Program-made: the position numbers and the translations under genes
The notes under the pieces: model-generated
What the model saw: the letters and a program-made list of their open reading frames with translations, nothing else
Database searches by the model: none
Told to the model about the DNA's origin: nothing
Shown here: positions 7,605 through 16,297 of the stretch, piece after piece
Layout: every line of letters begins with the position of its first letter
How positions within the stretch are numbered: the stretch's first letter is position 1
From: a virus
Lineage: Duplodnaviria > Caudoviricetes
IMG/VR virus record: IMGVR_UViG_3300034104_007004
Coordinates: 1 to 52,567 of that record
Length of the DNA stretch: 52,567 nucleotides
Reading direction: 5' to 3' (one strand)

Positions 7605-7955
7605 TTATTTCCAAAACAATTGTACACAAAGAATCAAAAAACATAAAAACAAAGAAACTCCTGTTTTTAAAGTAATTGGTTCCTTCAAAATATACCAAGC
7701 CATTATGGAAAATACAGTAACCCCCAAGATAAATCCGATAATTCGGTTCGGCCATGTCTCACCGTCGTGTAAATCCACCATTTTTCTCGATGCCAAGATA
7801 ATGAGGTATCCCAAAGGGACACCCAAGATAGACATCAAAAAAGGGTGTTCCTTTATCCATTTATTCCACAGATGTCCTTGGAGTTGGTAGAAGGTAAACA
7901 CCTGTCCTAACACATAGACTATTAGGATAAATGCAATATCAAATAATTTTGTCAT
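7605..7955 (-). CDS. Four-TM membrane protein (SMR/DMT-like size and topology)
   Basis: 116 aa, four hydrophobic helices, ILKEPITLKTGVSL resembles DMT C-terminal motif. Confidence 0.6.
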   Translation of the reverse strand: MTKLFDIAFILIVYVLGQVFTFYQLQGHLWNKWIKEHPFLMSILGVPLGYLIILASRKMVDLHDGETWPNRIIGFILGVTVFSIMAWYILKEPITLKTGVSLFLCFLILCVQLFWK

Positions 7956-8515
7956 TTCAATTCATATTTTTGTATTTGAACCCATTTGGATTTGTAGTTC
8001 AAATTATTGGATGTGTAACGGGCGTAGTGGTTGACCATAGGATGTCCTGTGTTGTAGAATCCAAGAGCCAAATCCCACCTATTGTACATTCTTTTGAGTT
8101 TTGTGAGCATTTTACAAGAGATGGTTACATTGAGTTCCAAATCCTCTCTGAGCTCCTTAGAGGAGAGTCTACGACCCGCATATTTGTGAGACCATCGGGT
8201 GATAATCTGCATGGGTCCTTGAGCTCCAGCTACGGAGGTTCGGTATGGGTTGTAGTTCCAATGGAACGGACCTCTGTAACCTGTTTCAAGATATGCCACG
8301 TTGTACAAGATATGTTTTGGTATATCGTACTCCTTTGATTTTTTTTCTAAGAGATGGTACATAAAAATTGAGGTGGGGGAGTTTGAATCACTCCCCATCT
8401 GATACAACTCATCTTCAAAAGTTTTATTAACTTGTTGATAGAGGAAATAACCCAAACCTAAGATTCCGAAAACAATCAAAAAGATAATCGTTTTGAATGT
8501 TTGTCGTGAACTCAT
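7952..8515 (-). CDS. Membrane-anchored lytic transglycosylase (SLT domain); likely start 8515
   Basis: AYLETGY catalytic Glu, AGAQGPMQI, WDLALGFYNTG motifs; N-terminal TM helix. Confidence 0.85.
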   Translation of the reverse strand: MSSRQTFKTIIFLIVFGILGLGYFLYQQVNKTFEDELYQMGSDSNSPTSIFMYHLLEKKSKEYDIPKHILYNVAYLETGYRGPFHWNYNPYRTSVAGAQGPMQIITRWSHKYAGRRLSSKELREDLELNVTISCKMLTKLKRMYNRWDLALGFYNTGHPMVNHYARYTSNNLNYKSKWVQIQKYELK

Positions 8516-8832
8516 TTTTCGGGGGCGTTGTGTTGACCCCAAAGGTTCTTAGCGTACACATTGAAGATAACCGTACCAATTCGGTCTTCCAAGATGATGT
8601 AGGTTCCTTTGGTTTTATCGATAATCATAAAATTATTATTTTCATCGATTGCCACGGTCACTTCATTCCGTGTGATAAACTCAGGCTTTCCGAGTTTGCT
8701 TAGTTCTTTTAGGGTGTTGTAGTAGTAACCCAAGGTAAAGAAGACCCCCATTCCCAAAATGATATAAAGGTAGTTTAGTAATACCTTGATACCACTTTTG
8801 AGTTTGTTCCAAAATTCAAGTAATAGTTCCAT
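8512..8832 (-). CDS. Single-TM membrane protein
   Basis: 106 aa with N-terminal hydrophobic helix; ATGA overlap with the SLT gene. Confidence 0.7.
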   Translation of the reverse strand: MELLLEFWNKLKSGIKVLLNYLYIILGMGVFFTLGYYYNTLKELSKLGKPEFITRNEVTVAIDENNNFMIIDKTKGTYIILEDRIGTVIFNVYAKNLWGQHNAPEK

Positions 8833-8835
8833 TTT

Positions 8836-9486
8836 TTAGTTTGTTTGGTTTATTAATTTATCATAAATTTCTGACAGTCGTTTTGTTTTTCCTTCGATAA
8901 CCGTGGTAAATTGATTAAGACCGTTGGTCCCACTGTTACCTCTTTCGTTATTGTGGGCGAAAAAAACTCCATTATTGTAAAGTTTATTCGGAGTGGAGTA
9001 TAGTTTACCCTCGAACTCCAAAAACCCATCACTTGTAAGTTTGACATCGTACTCTGTTTTTTTGTACACACGTTTTAGTTCAAGGTTTGGATATTTCTCT
9101 GAAAGTAAAAGAAGACGCTCGTCACGGGAATCCTGTTTTTCGGGTATAAGAACATTCAAATCCCCAATAGAAAAACCTTTTTTAGACATGTAGTTACTCA
9201 CAAACGATTCAATAGTTTTTTTATCGTCAATAAAAAACTCAGTAATGAAATCCGTGGTTCTGATTCTGATATCTTTTAAAAGGGTGTGGAGTTCTTTTTC
9301 GATTTCACTCATTTCATCAACCCACCATATTTTGAAAATCTTGACTTGGTAACTGGTATTGGTCCGACCCAAAGAACTCTGTCTTTCTGCGGGATTTATT
9401 GTTTTTCCAATTTTTATTTCAGATAAATCAACATCCTTGTTTAGGTGAGTATATTTTGCCAAATAAATGTATCCTGATTTTTCCAT
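8836..9486 (-). CDS. GIY-YIG (T5orf172/MUG113-like) nuclease with a RAMA-like C-terminal domain
   Basis: GYIYLA...IKIGKTINPAERQSSL...IEKELH...EFF; C-terminal GFLEFEGKLYSTPNKL...NG. Confidence 0.7.
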   Translation of the reverse strand: MEKSGYIYLAKYTHLNKDVDLSEIKIGKTINPAERQSSLGRTNTSYQVKIFKIWWVDEMSEIEKELHTLLKDIRIRTTDFITEFFIDDKKTIESFVSNYMSKKGFSIGDLNVLIPEKQDSRDERLLLLSEKYPNLELKRVYKKTEYDVKLTSDGFLEFEGKLYSTPNKLYNNGVFFAHNNERGNSGTNGLNQFTTVIEGKTKRLSEIYDKLINQTN

Positions 9487-9490
9487 ATCT

Positions 9491-9522
9491 CAAATATAGG
9501 GGAAAGATTCGGTGTGGTCAAA
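9491..9522 (-). promoter_or_regulatory. Bacteroidota primary-sigma promoter
   Basis: Minus strand TTTG (9522-9519), 20-nt spacer, TATATTTG (9498-9491), ATG at 9486. Confidence 0.65.
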
Positions 9523-9548
9523 AAAAATCCCGACCTAGCTCGGGAAAA
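9520..9548 (-). terminator. Intrinsic terminator after tRNA-Ser(TGA)
   Basis: Minus strand tcccga-gctagg-tcggga followed by a T run. Confidence 0.7.
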
Positions 9549-9559
9549 CACATCGGATG

Positions 9560-9646
9560 TGGAGGCTCAGGGATTCGAACCCCGGGTACCCTCTCAAGTA
9601 CGCTTGTTTTCAAGACAAGTCCAATCAACCACTCTGGCAAACCTCC
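9560..9646 (-). tRNA. tRNA-Ser(TGA)
   Basis: GGAGGTT/AGCCTCC acceptor, anticodon arm CTTGT-CTTGAAA-ACAAG, long variable arm GTACTTGAGAGGGTAC. Confidence 0.92.
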
Positions 9647-10035
9647 TATTGTTCTAATACTTTTGATAAGTAGTCACAATAATAGTTCCTACAGGTCTCA
9701 GGTCGGATATCGTAAACCGAACAACTACGGGTCGCCGTGTTGTACATCACACAGGGTTTACGAATCTTTTCCATGTCGACTTTGAATGCGGGAAAGTTAC
9801 CAGGTAACTGCCACACACTTCTGTCAGGGAACAATTTTGAGCCTTCTTCAAAATTAAAGAACACTTCTTTGAATTCCACTTCCCTACCGAGTTTTTTTGA
9901 GAGGTCGTCCAAGAAGACATCCCAATCGTTGATAGGTCCCATAATCCAATCTCTACCTTCGACATGACAACAACTTCCATCGTATCCATCAATTCCGTAG
10001 CATTTAAAACTACAGGTATCACAGTGAGAACTCAT
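9646..10035 (-). CDS. YkgJ-family (CxxCxxCC) Zn/Fe-chelating protein
   Basis: CDTC...C...GSCC at the N-terminus and PCVMY...CSVYDIRPETCRNYYC at the C-terminus. Confidence 0.85.
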   Translation of the reverse strand: MSSHCDTCSFKCYGIDGYDGSCCHVEGRDWIMGPINDWDVFLDDLSKKLGREVEFKEVFFNFEEGSKLFPDRSVWQLPGNFPAFKVDMEKIRKPCVMYNTATRSCSVYDIRPETCRNYYCDYLSKVLEQ

Positions 10036-10063
10036 GGGGTAAAATTACGAAATTAGAATCAAT

Positions 10064-10091
10064 AAAAAAAGGGTTCCGAAAAACCCTTTTT
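10064..10091 (-). terminator. Intrinsic terminator
   Basis: aaaaaaagggtt-ccgaaa-aaccctttt. Confidence 0.65.
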
Positions 10092-10111
10092 GAATTTGTG
10101 TAAAATATAAA

Positions 10112-10297
10112 TTATTCTACTTCGGGTTTTACTACCTCTGATGTTCCGTCAATTACTCCATCTTCCAAGACAGTCGAATCGAGTTCAACCACGACAGTGG
10201 TGTCAACAACGGTTTCTTCAACTACTTCAGTTGATTTAGTGGTGCAAGAAGCCAATAGGGCTACAGAGAGAAGTGAAAGCAAAAATCCTTTTTTCAT
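10112..10297 (-). CDS. Small acidic lipoprotein
   Basis: MKKGFLLSLLSVALLASC lipobox signal followed by a T/V/E/D-rich tail. Confidence 0.8.
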   Translation of the reverse strand: MKKGFLLSLLSVALLASCTTKSTEVVEETVVDTTVVVELDSTVLEDGVIDGTSEVVKPEVE

Positions 10298-10374
10298 TTT
10301 GATATAAATTAAATTGTTAGAGAATTATAACATCATATAATTATTAGTCAAGGGGGGTAAAGTATTTATTATCA

Positions 10375-11802
10375 ATGAACGTTAGAATAAAACAATCTCA
10401 ACTCAAGAATTTGGTTGAGCAATCAATGGGTGGAGGATTTTCCCCACAGTACCAATCAGGTGAGATATCAAAGATTGCCAAGGATGGATTGGACCATAAC
10501 ATTTCAGCCGTCTTACAAATTGTAACAGCGTTTGTCCCAATGGTTGGACCATTTGTTTCTGCAGGTATTGGGTTGATGGATGCCGCTCAATACGCTAAAG
10601 AAGGGGACAGTACCAGTGCGGGGATTGTAGGTACCTTATCTATGTTACCATTTATTGGTCCTGTTGTTGCTAAAATTCCTGGTGTAAAAACTTTAGGTTC
10701 AAAAGGAATGGCGGCTTTGGGAAAAAAGTTGTCCTCGGGACAGAAGAATTTTACCAAACAAGAACAAGAAGTTCTGAAAGGTTTGTCTCAGAATCAAAGT
10801 TTGGTGAAAAGCGAACTAAGAAGACAAACTTTAAAAATGGATGGAGTTGCTCGTGAGGTTGCCAAACTCAAAGAAGCATACATTTCCAGATTGGGGCAAG
10901 ATTCTTACGAGAAGTTGTTAAAAAACTTTTTCAGAGGTGTCATTGACAAAGATACTTTTTTAAAGTCACTCAGAGCGGGTGGTAAAGCCCAACCAAATTT
11001 AGCAAACTTCATGGTAATCAAAGGTGTACGGTACTTTCAAAAAGAAGTTGCTGAGATAGAAAGGATTGCTTCCGAATTAACTCAGAAAAATTATGTCCCG
11101 AAAAAAATCACCATTTACAAATATGATAAATCTAAACTTCCATCAATACCCGTCACTATTACTATGGAACCGATGAATTTGTCTACAGTTCAAAAACTCT
11201 TCCCTAACATACCTACTTCAGCTCAAGCTTTTGTTTCTAAAGATAAAATGTATTTTGTCCCACAAAATATCAAAAATGTTGAAATAGACGATATGGTAAG
11301 TTTGATTACTCACGAGATGGGGCACATAAAAGACCCAGCAAGGGCAAGGAGCCTTAAGTTAAATAAAACTTATAAAGAGGGTCTACCAAAAACGGGGGAT
11401 GCTTATAAAATTCTGAAAAACACAACAAAAGGTACACCAGAATATGAACAAGCACTTAAAGAGTTTAACAAATATTATAAATTCCATCCTTTTGAGTTGG
11501 TTGCCAATAACGCAATGGTTTTAAACAACCTCACAACTCAAACTATGAGGATGATGAAGACAGAACGAAAAGGTGTTGTTCTCCAAGGACTACAAGAGGT
11601 GATTAATTTCTTTACCAAAAACAAAACCAAGATGTCATATGTCGGTAAAAAGATGTTAGTTGGACCTGAGATTCAAGAAAGTAAACTGAGCGCTCACATA
11701 GAAACTTTAGGAAAATATAATCAGAAAGAGTATAAAAAGTTGGCAGAAAAAATGGTAAGACAAGCCGAATACCTGAAATCTCAGGTAAATATGGCAAAAT
11801 AA
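10375..11802 (+). CDS. Putative virion protein with a pre-toxin-like hydrophobic hairpin and a HExxH zincin motif
   Basis: FVPMVGPFVSAGIGLMDAAQYAKEGD...LSMLPFIG; LITHEMGH; downstream YKFHPFELVA. Confidence 0.65.
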   Translation: MNVRIKQSQLKNLVEQSMGGGFSPQYQSGEISKIAKDGLDHNISAVLQIVTAFVPMVGPFVSAGIGLMDAAQYAKEGDSTSAGIVGTLSMLPFIGPVVAKIPGVKTLGSKGMAALGKKLSSGQKNFTKQEQEVLKGLSQNQSLVKSELRRQTLKMDGVAREVAKLKEAYISRLGQDSYEKLLKNFFRGVIDKDTFLKSLRAGGKAQPNLANFMVIKGVRYFQKEVAEIERIASELTQKNYVPKKITIYKYDKSKLPSIPVTITMEPMNLSTVQKLFPNIPTSAQAFVSKDKMYFVPQNIKNVEIDDMVSLITHEMGHIKDPARARSLKLNKTYKEGLPKTGDAYKILKNTTKGTPEYEQALKEFNKYYKFHPFELVANNAMVLNNLTTQTMRMMKTERKGVVLQGLQEVINFFTKNKTKMSYVGKKMLVGPEIQESKLSAHIETLGKYNQKEYKKLAEKMVRQAEYLKSQVNMAK

Positions 11803-11846
11803 ACCCCCCAACGTTCACGAGTATCTTTAATTACCTATAGCGACAG

Positions 11847-12254
11847 TGGAGGTGGCGGGAATCGAACCCGCGTCTTGCTCAGTTTACCCATAAAGGACTA
11901 CATGCTTAGGTCAGGGTTTGTTTAACCCTCCGAAATATTTGGTTCCTTTTTTTCCATCGTTACCAACAACTGTGGAGGATTCACTTAAATCGGTAGAACC
12001 CTAAACGAGACCTTTATTCCTTTTAGGGTAGAAACCACACCGTGGGGACTTCTGTTTCTAGGTTATATGTCCATCGACCCATTGTTGCTGAAGCCTTAGG
12101 CTACAGTAACTTCCTCAGCAGAGAGAAGACCCACTGCCTCGAGTTTTGCGAAAGTATCGCCTTTTGATTGTTGCTTCCGTAGATTAAGGTGATAGGAAAC
12201 ATCTCACCGCATGCCCCGTATGACTAACCCTGCCAATCAATACCGGTCACCCCC
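11847..12254 (-). ncRNA. ssrA: tmRNA
   Basis: 5' GGGGGTGACCGGTATTGA; 3' GACGCGGGTTCGATTCCCGCCACCTCCA; acceptor with G3:U70 and A73; internal tag ORF 12161-12096. Confidence 0.93.
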
Positions 12255-12273
12255 ATTATTTTCAAAGAACAAT

Positions 12274-12360
12274 AAGAAATCACTTTCGCCCCCTGTATAG
12301 ACATTACGTCAGATGCTTAAGGTCAGCCTTAACTATTAAGGGAGCCACCTGTGATTTCTT
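12274..12360 (-). ncRNA. Candidate 87-nt structured ncRNA (possibly 6S-like)
   Basis: Closing stem aagaaatcac/gtgatttctt, inner stem gctccct/agggggc, hairpins ttaagg-ctga-ccttaa and gcat-ctgacgta-atgt; TATCTTTG -7 element just upstream (12371-12364). Confidence 0.6.
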
Positions 12361-12377
12361 ATACAAAGATAAGTATT

Positions 12378-13112
12378 TTATTCCAAACTATCCAACTCAT
12401 TTTTCCAAATTGCACGTGTAACTAATTCAAATTTTGGTTTTTGATTGTTATAATAATACAAGGCTAAACTTTTACGTGTTATACTTTCAGGACATTTAAG
12501 TGAATGGGGATGTCCATGAGGTGCTTTATCGATACTAAACATTACAACCCTATTGGAAATTGGCGATATTTTTTTACAAGGACCTGACATGTCTTTCCAC
12601 CAAAGTTCTAAATCACCATCCCATTGTTCATCCCAATAAGAGTTGAGATACACAAGTAAGTTGATATGTCTGAAAAGGTTTTCATTTATGTGACTATCAT
12701 TGAAATCGTGGTGTATTTCTAATCTCCCATCTCTACCTGTTTGGTGATACGCAGCATTTGTGTATTCATTTGATTCATGTGTAAGATTTTGAAATCCTGT
12801 TATCTCAGATACGAGGTCCAAAAAATATTTTGAATTCAAAAATTCAATAATCTCTTTCATTGTTGGAAGTAAGTTATTGAAATTATAGATTTGTTTTTTG
12901 TTCACTTGACTCTCATGTTGGTCATAGTCACCTCCCCCGACAAATCTCCAATTTTCAGATGGGTTTGATGAAATGAATTCAACTTCATCGAGAAGACGAT
13001 TGATGACATCTTCACGGAAAAAATCATCCATGACAATATGGTTGAAAGGAATATCTGTTTTGTATGCCCGAGAATATTCCGATATGTTTCTGAGAGTTTT
13101 ATTGCTTAACAT
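12378..13112 (-). CDS. 2OG-Fe(II) oxygenase (prolyl-4-hydroxylase-like)
   Basis: PFNHIVMDDFF, HHDF (HxD), NLLVYLN..W..QWDGDLELW, PHGHP, RKSLA. Confidence 0.88.
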   Translation of the reverse strand: MLSNKTLRNISEYSRAYKTDIPFNHIVMDDFFREDVINRLLDEVEFISSNPSENWRFVGGGDYDQHESQVNKKQIYNFNNLLPTMKEIIEFLNSKYFLDLVSEITGFQNLTHESNEYTNAAYHQTGRDGRLEIHHDFNDSHINENLFRHINLLVYLNSYWDEQWDGDLELWWKDMSGPCKKISPISNRVVMFSIDKAPHGHPHSLKCPESITRKSLALYYYNNQKPKFELVTRAIWKNELDSLE

Positions 13113-13225
13113 AGTTTCAAGATAAGTATTTATTGTGATATGTCAAAACCAATACAGACAATAATTTAAGATTCAGACTATTTTATCAAAAGAAACTATT
13201 GTCAGATTCATTGAACAAATCTTAA

Positions 13226-13257
13226 CTTGTAATTGTTGATAATTTTCATTATATTTG
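13226..13257 (+). promoter_or_regulatory. Bacteroidota primary-sigma promoter
   Basis: CTTG 13226-13229, 20-nt spacer, TATATTTG 13250-13257, ATG at 13273. Confidence 0.6.
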
Positions 13258-13272
13258 TGAAAAGATTATATC

Positions 13273-14103
13273 ATGACTCCTGAAAAATTTGAACTTCTTA
13301 AGAAAGTTCTATCGGTTCCAACCAAAACCTACAAAGAAGGTTTGATGGTTGAATTCATTACCAATTGGCTTTCTGAAAAAGGGATTCCACATTATGTTGA
13401 CGAACACTTGAATGTATACGCAACAAAACAATCAGAGCAGAATGTTGAATGGTTTCCTTGTGTCATTTCTCACACCGATACGGTTCATCACTTGGAAGAA
13501 ATCAATGTCAAGGAGGAGTATCTTCCGAACGCACAAGGAGATGTTAAGTTATCCCTGAAAGCATATAACGACCACGGAAAACCTACGGGAATCGGTGGTG
13601 ATGACAAAGCTGGCGTGTTTGCCTGTCTAACCCTATTGGAGGAACTCCCCGATTTAAAGGCGGCATTCTTTGTATCAGAAGAAACAGGTTGTCACGGTTC
13701 GATGAAAGCCGACCCCAAGTTTTTCAAAAATGTTGGTTATGGTATTCAGTTCGACGCCCCCGAGAATTGGATGGTCACCGAATATTGTTTCGGTCAACAA
13801 CTCTTCGAACGTGAATCCAAATTTTTTGAGGTCTGTGACCATATCCTAACCGAAGGTACAGGTGGTAATCAAAAATATATGGTTCACCCCTATACTGATG
13901 TCTACTCTCTACGAGGAATGTTTGACTTCCAATGTATCAATTTCTCAATCGGTTACTACGATTACCACACCGCAAACGAATATGTTGTTGTGGATGACGT
14001 TGAAAACGGAATCGATATGGGTAGGAAAATGATTGATTCTCTTGGTTGTAATCTTCACTTCAAAGAGAAAGAAAAACCAAAATACAGAAATCACGTTTGG
14101 TAA
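13273..14103 (+). CDS. M28/M20-family zinc peptidase
   Basis: SHTDTVH, GGDDKAG, EETG, YHTANE metal-ligand motifs. Confidence 0.85.
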   Translation: MTPEKFELLKKVLSVPTKTYKEGLMVEFITNWLSEKGIPHYVDEHLNVYATKQSEQNVEWFPCVISHTDTVHHLEEINVKEEYLPNAQGDVKLSLKAYNDHGKPTGIGGDDKAGVFACLTLLEELPDLKAAFFVSEETGCHGSMKADPKFFKNVGYGIQFDAPENWMVTEYCFGQQLFERESKFFEVCDHILTEGTGGNQKYMVHPYTDVYSLRGMFDFQCINFSIGYYDYHTANEYVVVDDVENGIDMGRKMIDSLGCNLHFKEKEKPKYRNHVW

Positions 14104-14104
14104 T

Positions 14105-14135
14105 AAAAAAGGGGGATTTTCGTCCCCCTTTTCTT
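14105..14135. terminator. Bidirectional intrinsic terminator
   Basis: aaaaaaggggga-ttttcg-tccccctttt between convergent genes. Confidence 0.8.
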
Positions 14136-16133
14136 TTACTTACCGAGTTTTATTTCCTCATTCTCAACTTTGAGTTTGTACTTCTTTCCTTCCTTGATTT
14201 TCTCGGTGAGAACCAATTCTGAAATATAGTCTTCAATCTTGTCTTGGATTGCCCGTTTGATAGGACGTGCTCCGTAGACCTCATCGAAACCGATTTTGGA
14301 AATGTAATCAACCAAGGTTTGGTCGTAACTGAATTCGTACTTCAACTCCTTCATACGTCCCATCAGTTTGTTGAGTTCCAAACTAACGATTTGGTTGATG
14401 TTCTCCTTATTCAAGGTCTTGAACACGATAGTGTCATCGATACGATTCAAGAATTCAGGGGAAAAGAAATGTTTCATTTCCTTCATCAGGATTTGTTTCT
14501 TAGCCTCCTCGTTGGAGTACTTGTTGGATGAGAAACCAATACCCGAACCAAAGTCTTGAAGTTTCCTAACACCAAGGTTTGTGGTCATGATAATAAGGGT
14601 GTTCTTGAAGTTGATTTTACGACCGAGTGAATCCGTGACATGACCATCATCAAGAACCTGAAGAAGGATTGAAAAAATGTCTTTATGGGCTTTTTCAACC
14701 TCATCAAACAAGATTACACAGTAGGGTTTGTTTTTAACTTGTTCGGTAAGTTGTCCACCCTCTTCATAACCTACATACCCTGGGGGTGCTCCAACCAAAC
14801 GAGATACGGTGTGTTTCTCTTGGTATTCACTCATGTCCATTCGGATAAGGGCGTCTTCAGAACCAAACATCTCTTTGGCAATTTGTTTAGCCAAGTGTGT
14901 TTTACCCACCCCAGTTGAACCCAAGAAGATAAACGAACCAATCGGTCGGTTGGGGTCTTTGATTCCAATACGATTACGACGAATAGACTTGACGATTTTC
15001 TCGATTGCCTCGTCCTGTCCGATAACCTTTCCTTGAATGGACTTATCCATGTTGATAAGTGCTTTGGTGTCGTCAATGGACATCTTATTCACTGGAATTT
15101 TGGTCATCGAGGAAACCACATCATAGACTTGTTCTGCTGAGATGGGATTACGAGTAGAAGCAAACTGTTCCTCGTACTTCTTTTTTTCAGCATCGAGTCG
15201 TCCCAAGACTTTACGTTCTTTGTCACGGAGTTCTGCTGCTTGTTCGTAATTCTGACGTCTTACAACATCCATCTTCTGTTGTTTCACATCAGCAGCTTCC
15301 TTCTTGAGTTTCTCGATGGACTCAGGAACCTTTTGGTCGGTTTGGGAACGGGCACCAACCTCATCCAAGATATCGAATGCTTTGTCAGGGAACTCACGGT
15401 CTGTGATGTAACGGTCAGCTAGTTTGACACAGAGTTCAACAATCTCATCCGAGTAAGAAACCTTATGATAGGATTCGTACTTATCACGGATATTCTTGAG
15501 AATCTCGATGGTTTCAGAAACCGTTGATGGGTCAACGATAACCTTTTGGAATCGACGTTCAAGAGCGCCATCCTTTTCAAAAGATTTGCGGTATTCATCC
15601 AAGGTGGTAGCACCGATACATTGAAGTTCACCCCGAGCAAGTGCTGGTTTGAAAATGTTGGAACCATCCAAAGAACCGGATGAATTACCTGAACCAATCA
15701 AGGTGTGAATCTCATCGATAAAGATGATAATATTGGGATTGTTTTGAAGTTCTTCCAAGATAACCTTGAGTCGCTCCTCAAACTGCCCACGATACTTTGT
15801 ACCGGCAACCACAGCGGTTAGGTCCAAGTTAACAATTCGTTTGTCTAACAAATTTTTGGGACACTCCCCTTCGACAATCTTCATCGCCAAACCCTCAACG
15901 ATAGCGGTTTTACCACTACCAGGTTCACCCAAGATAATTGGATTGTTCTTCTTTCGACGTGAAAGAATCTGAGCAATACGGAGGATTTCCCTCTCCCTGC
16001 CAATGACAGGGTCAAGTTTTCCTTCGGTCGCCAACTTGTTCAAATCCCGTGAGAAATTATCCAACACAGGGGTTCCCGATTCAGATTTCTTTCTGCTGGT
16101 GGTTTTGTCGTCGTCGTCCATTGTTTCGTTCAT
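14136..16133 (-). CDS. clpC: ClpC-type Hsp100 ATPase lacking the N-terminal Clp-repeat domain
   Basis: Two AAA+ modules ([14 protein letters not shown] and [15 protein letters not shown]), UVR-like M-domain [11 protein letters not shown], ClpP-docking IGF loop (GSGIGFS); AAA1 ([11 protein letters not shown]) begins at about residue 21. Confidence 0.92.
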   Translation of the reverse strand: MNETMDDDDKTTSRKKSESGTPVLDNFSRDLNKLATEGKLDPVIGREREILRIAQILSRRKKNNPIILGEPGSGKTAIVEGLAMKIVEGECPKNLLDKRIVNLDLTAVVAGTKYRGQFEERLKVILEELQNNPNIIIFIDEIHTLIGSGNSSGSLDGSNIFKPALARGELQCIGATTLDEYRKSFEKDGALERRFQKVIVDPSTVSETIEILKNIRDKYESYHKVSYSDEIVELCVKLADRYITDREFPDKAFDILDEVGARSQTDQKVPESIEKLKKEAADVKQQKMDVVRRQNYEQAAELRDKERKVLGRLDAEKKKYEEQFASTRNPISAEQVYDVVSSMTKIPVNKMSIDDTKALINMDKSIQGKVIGQDEAIEKIVKSIRRNRIGIKDPNRPIGSFIFLGSTGVGKTHLAKQIAKEMFGSEDALIRMDMSEYQEKHTVSRLVGAPPGYVGYEEGGQLTEQVKNKPYCVILFDEVEKAHKDIFSILLQVLDDGHVTDSLGRKINFKNTLIIMTTNLGVRKLQDFGSGIGFSSNKYSNEEAKKQILMKEMKHFFSPEFLNRIDDTIVFKTLNKENINQIVSLELNKLMGRMKELKYEFSYDQTLVDYISKIGFDEVYGARPIKRAIQDKIEDYISELVLTEKIKEGKKYKLKVENEEIKLGK

Positions 16134-16187
16134 AGTATTTGATTTTTTTACAAAGGTTAATCAAAATTTGGACAATTCCAAATCTTT

Positions 16188-16231
16188 TGACAATCTGTCA
16201 TATGAAAATAAATTTTCCTGACATTTTGTCA
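16188..16231. promoter_or_regulatory. Two TGACA-N3-TGTCA palindromic operator/enhancer sites
   Basis: TGACAatcTGTCA at 16188-16200 and TGACAtttTGTCA at 16219-16231, 31 bp apart. Confidence 0.7.
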
Positions 16232-16242
16232 GTAATTTGATT

Positions 16243-16258
16243 TTGGTACGTAACTTGA
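16243..16258 (+). promoter_or_regulatory. Sigma54-like -24/-12 promoter
   Basis: TTGGTACG-TAAC-TTGA, i.e. GG-N10-GA versus consensus TTGGCACG-N4-TTGC; ATG at 16298. Confidence 0.5.
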
Positions 16259-16297
16259 CTATCATACCACAAAGATAAACAAAAAATATTTATCATT

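Noticed and set aside
12274-12360. Hammerhead ribozyme
   Set aside because: Contains CTGAC and CGAAA but not the CUGANGA core in the required stem arrangement
14136-16133. ClpB or ClpA assignment, or bacterial contamination
   Set aside because: Short UVR-type M-domain plus IGF loop indicate ClpC; the gene is embedded in continuous phage context
14244-16221. Many short overlapping ORFs within clpC and other long genes
   Set aside because: Antisense or alternate-frame by-products with no motifs or expression signals
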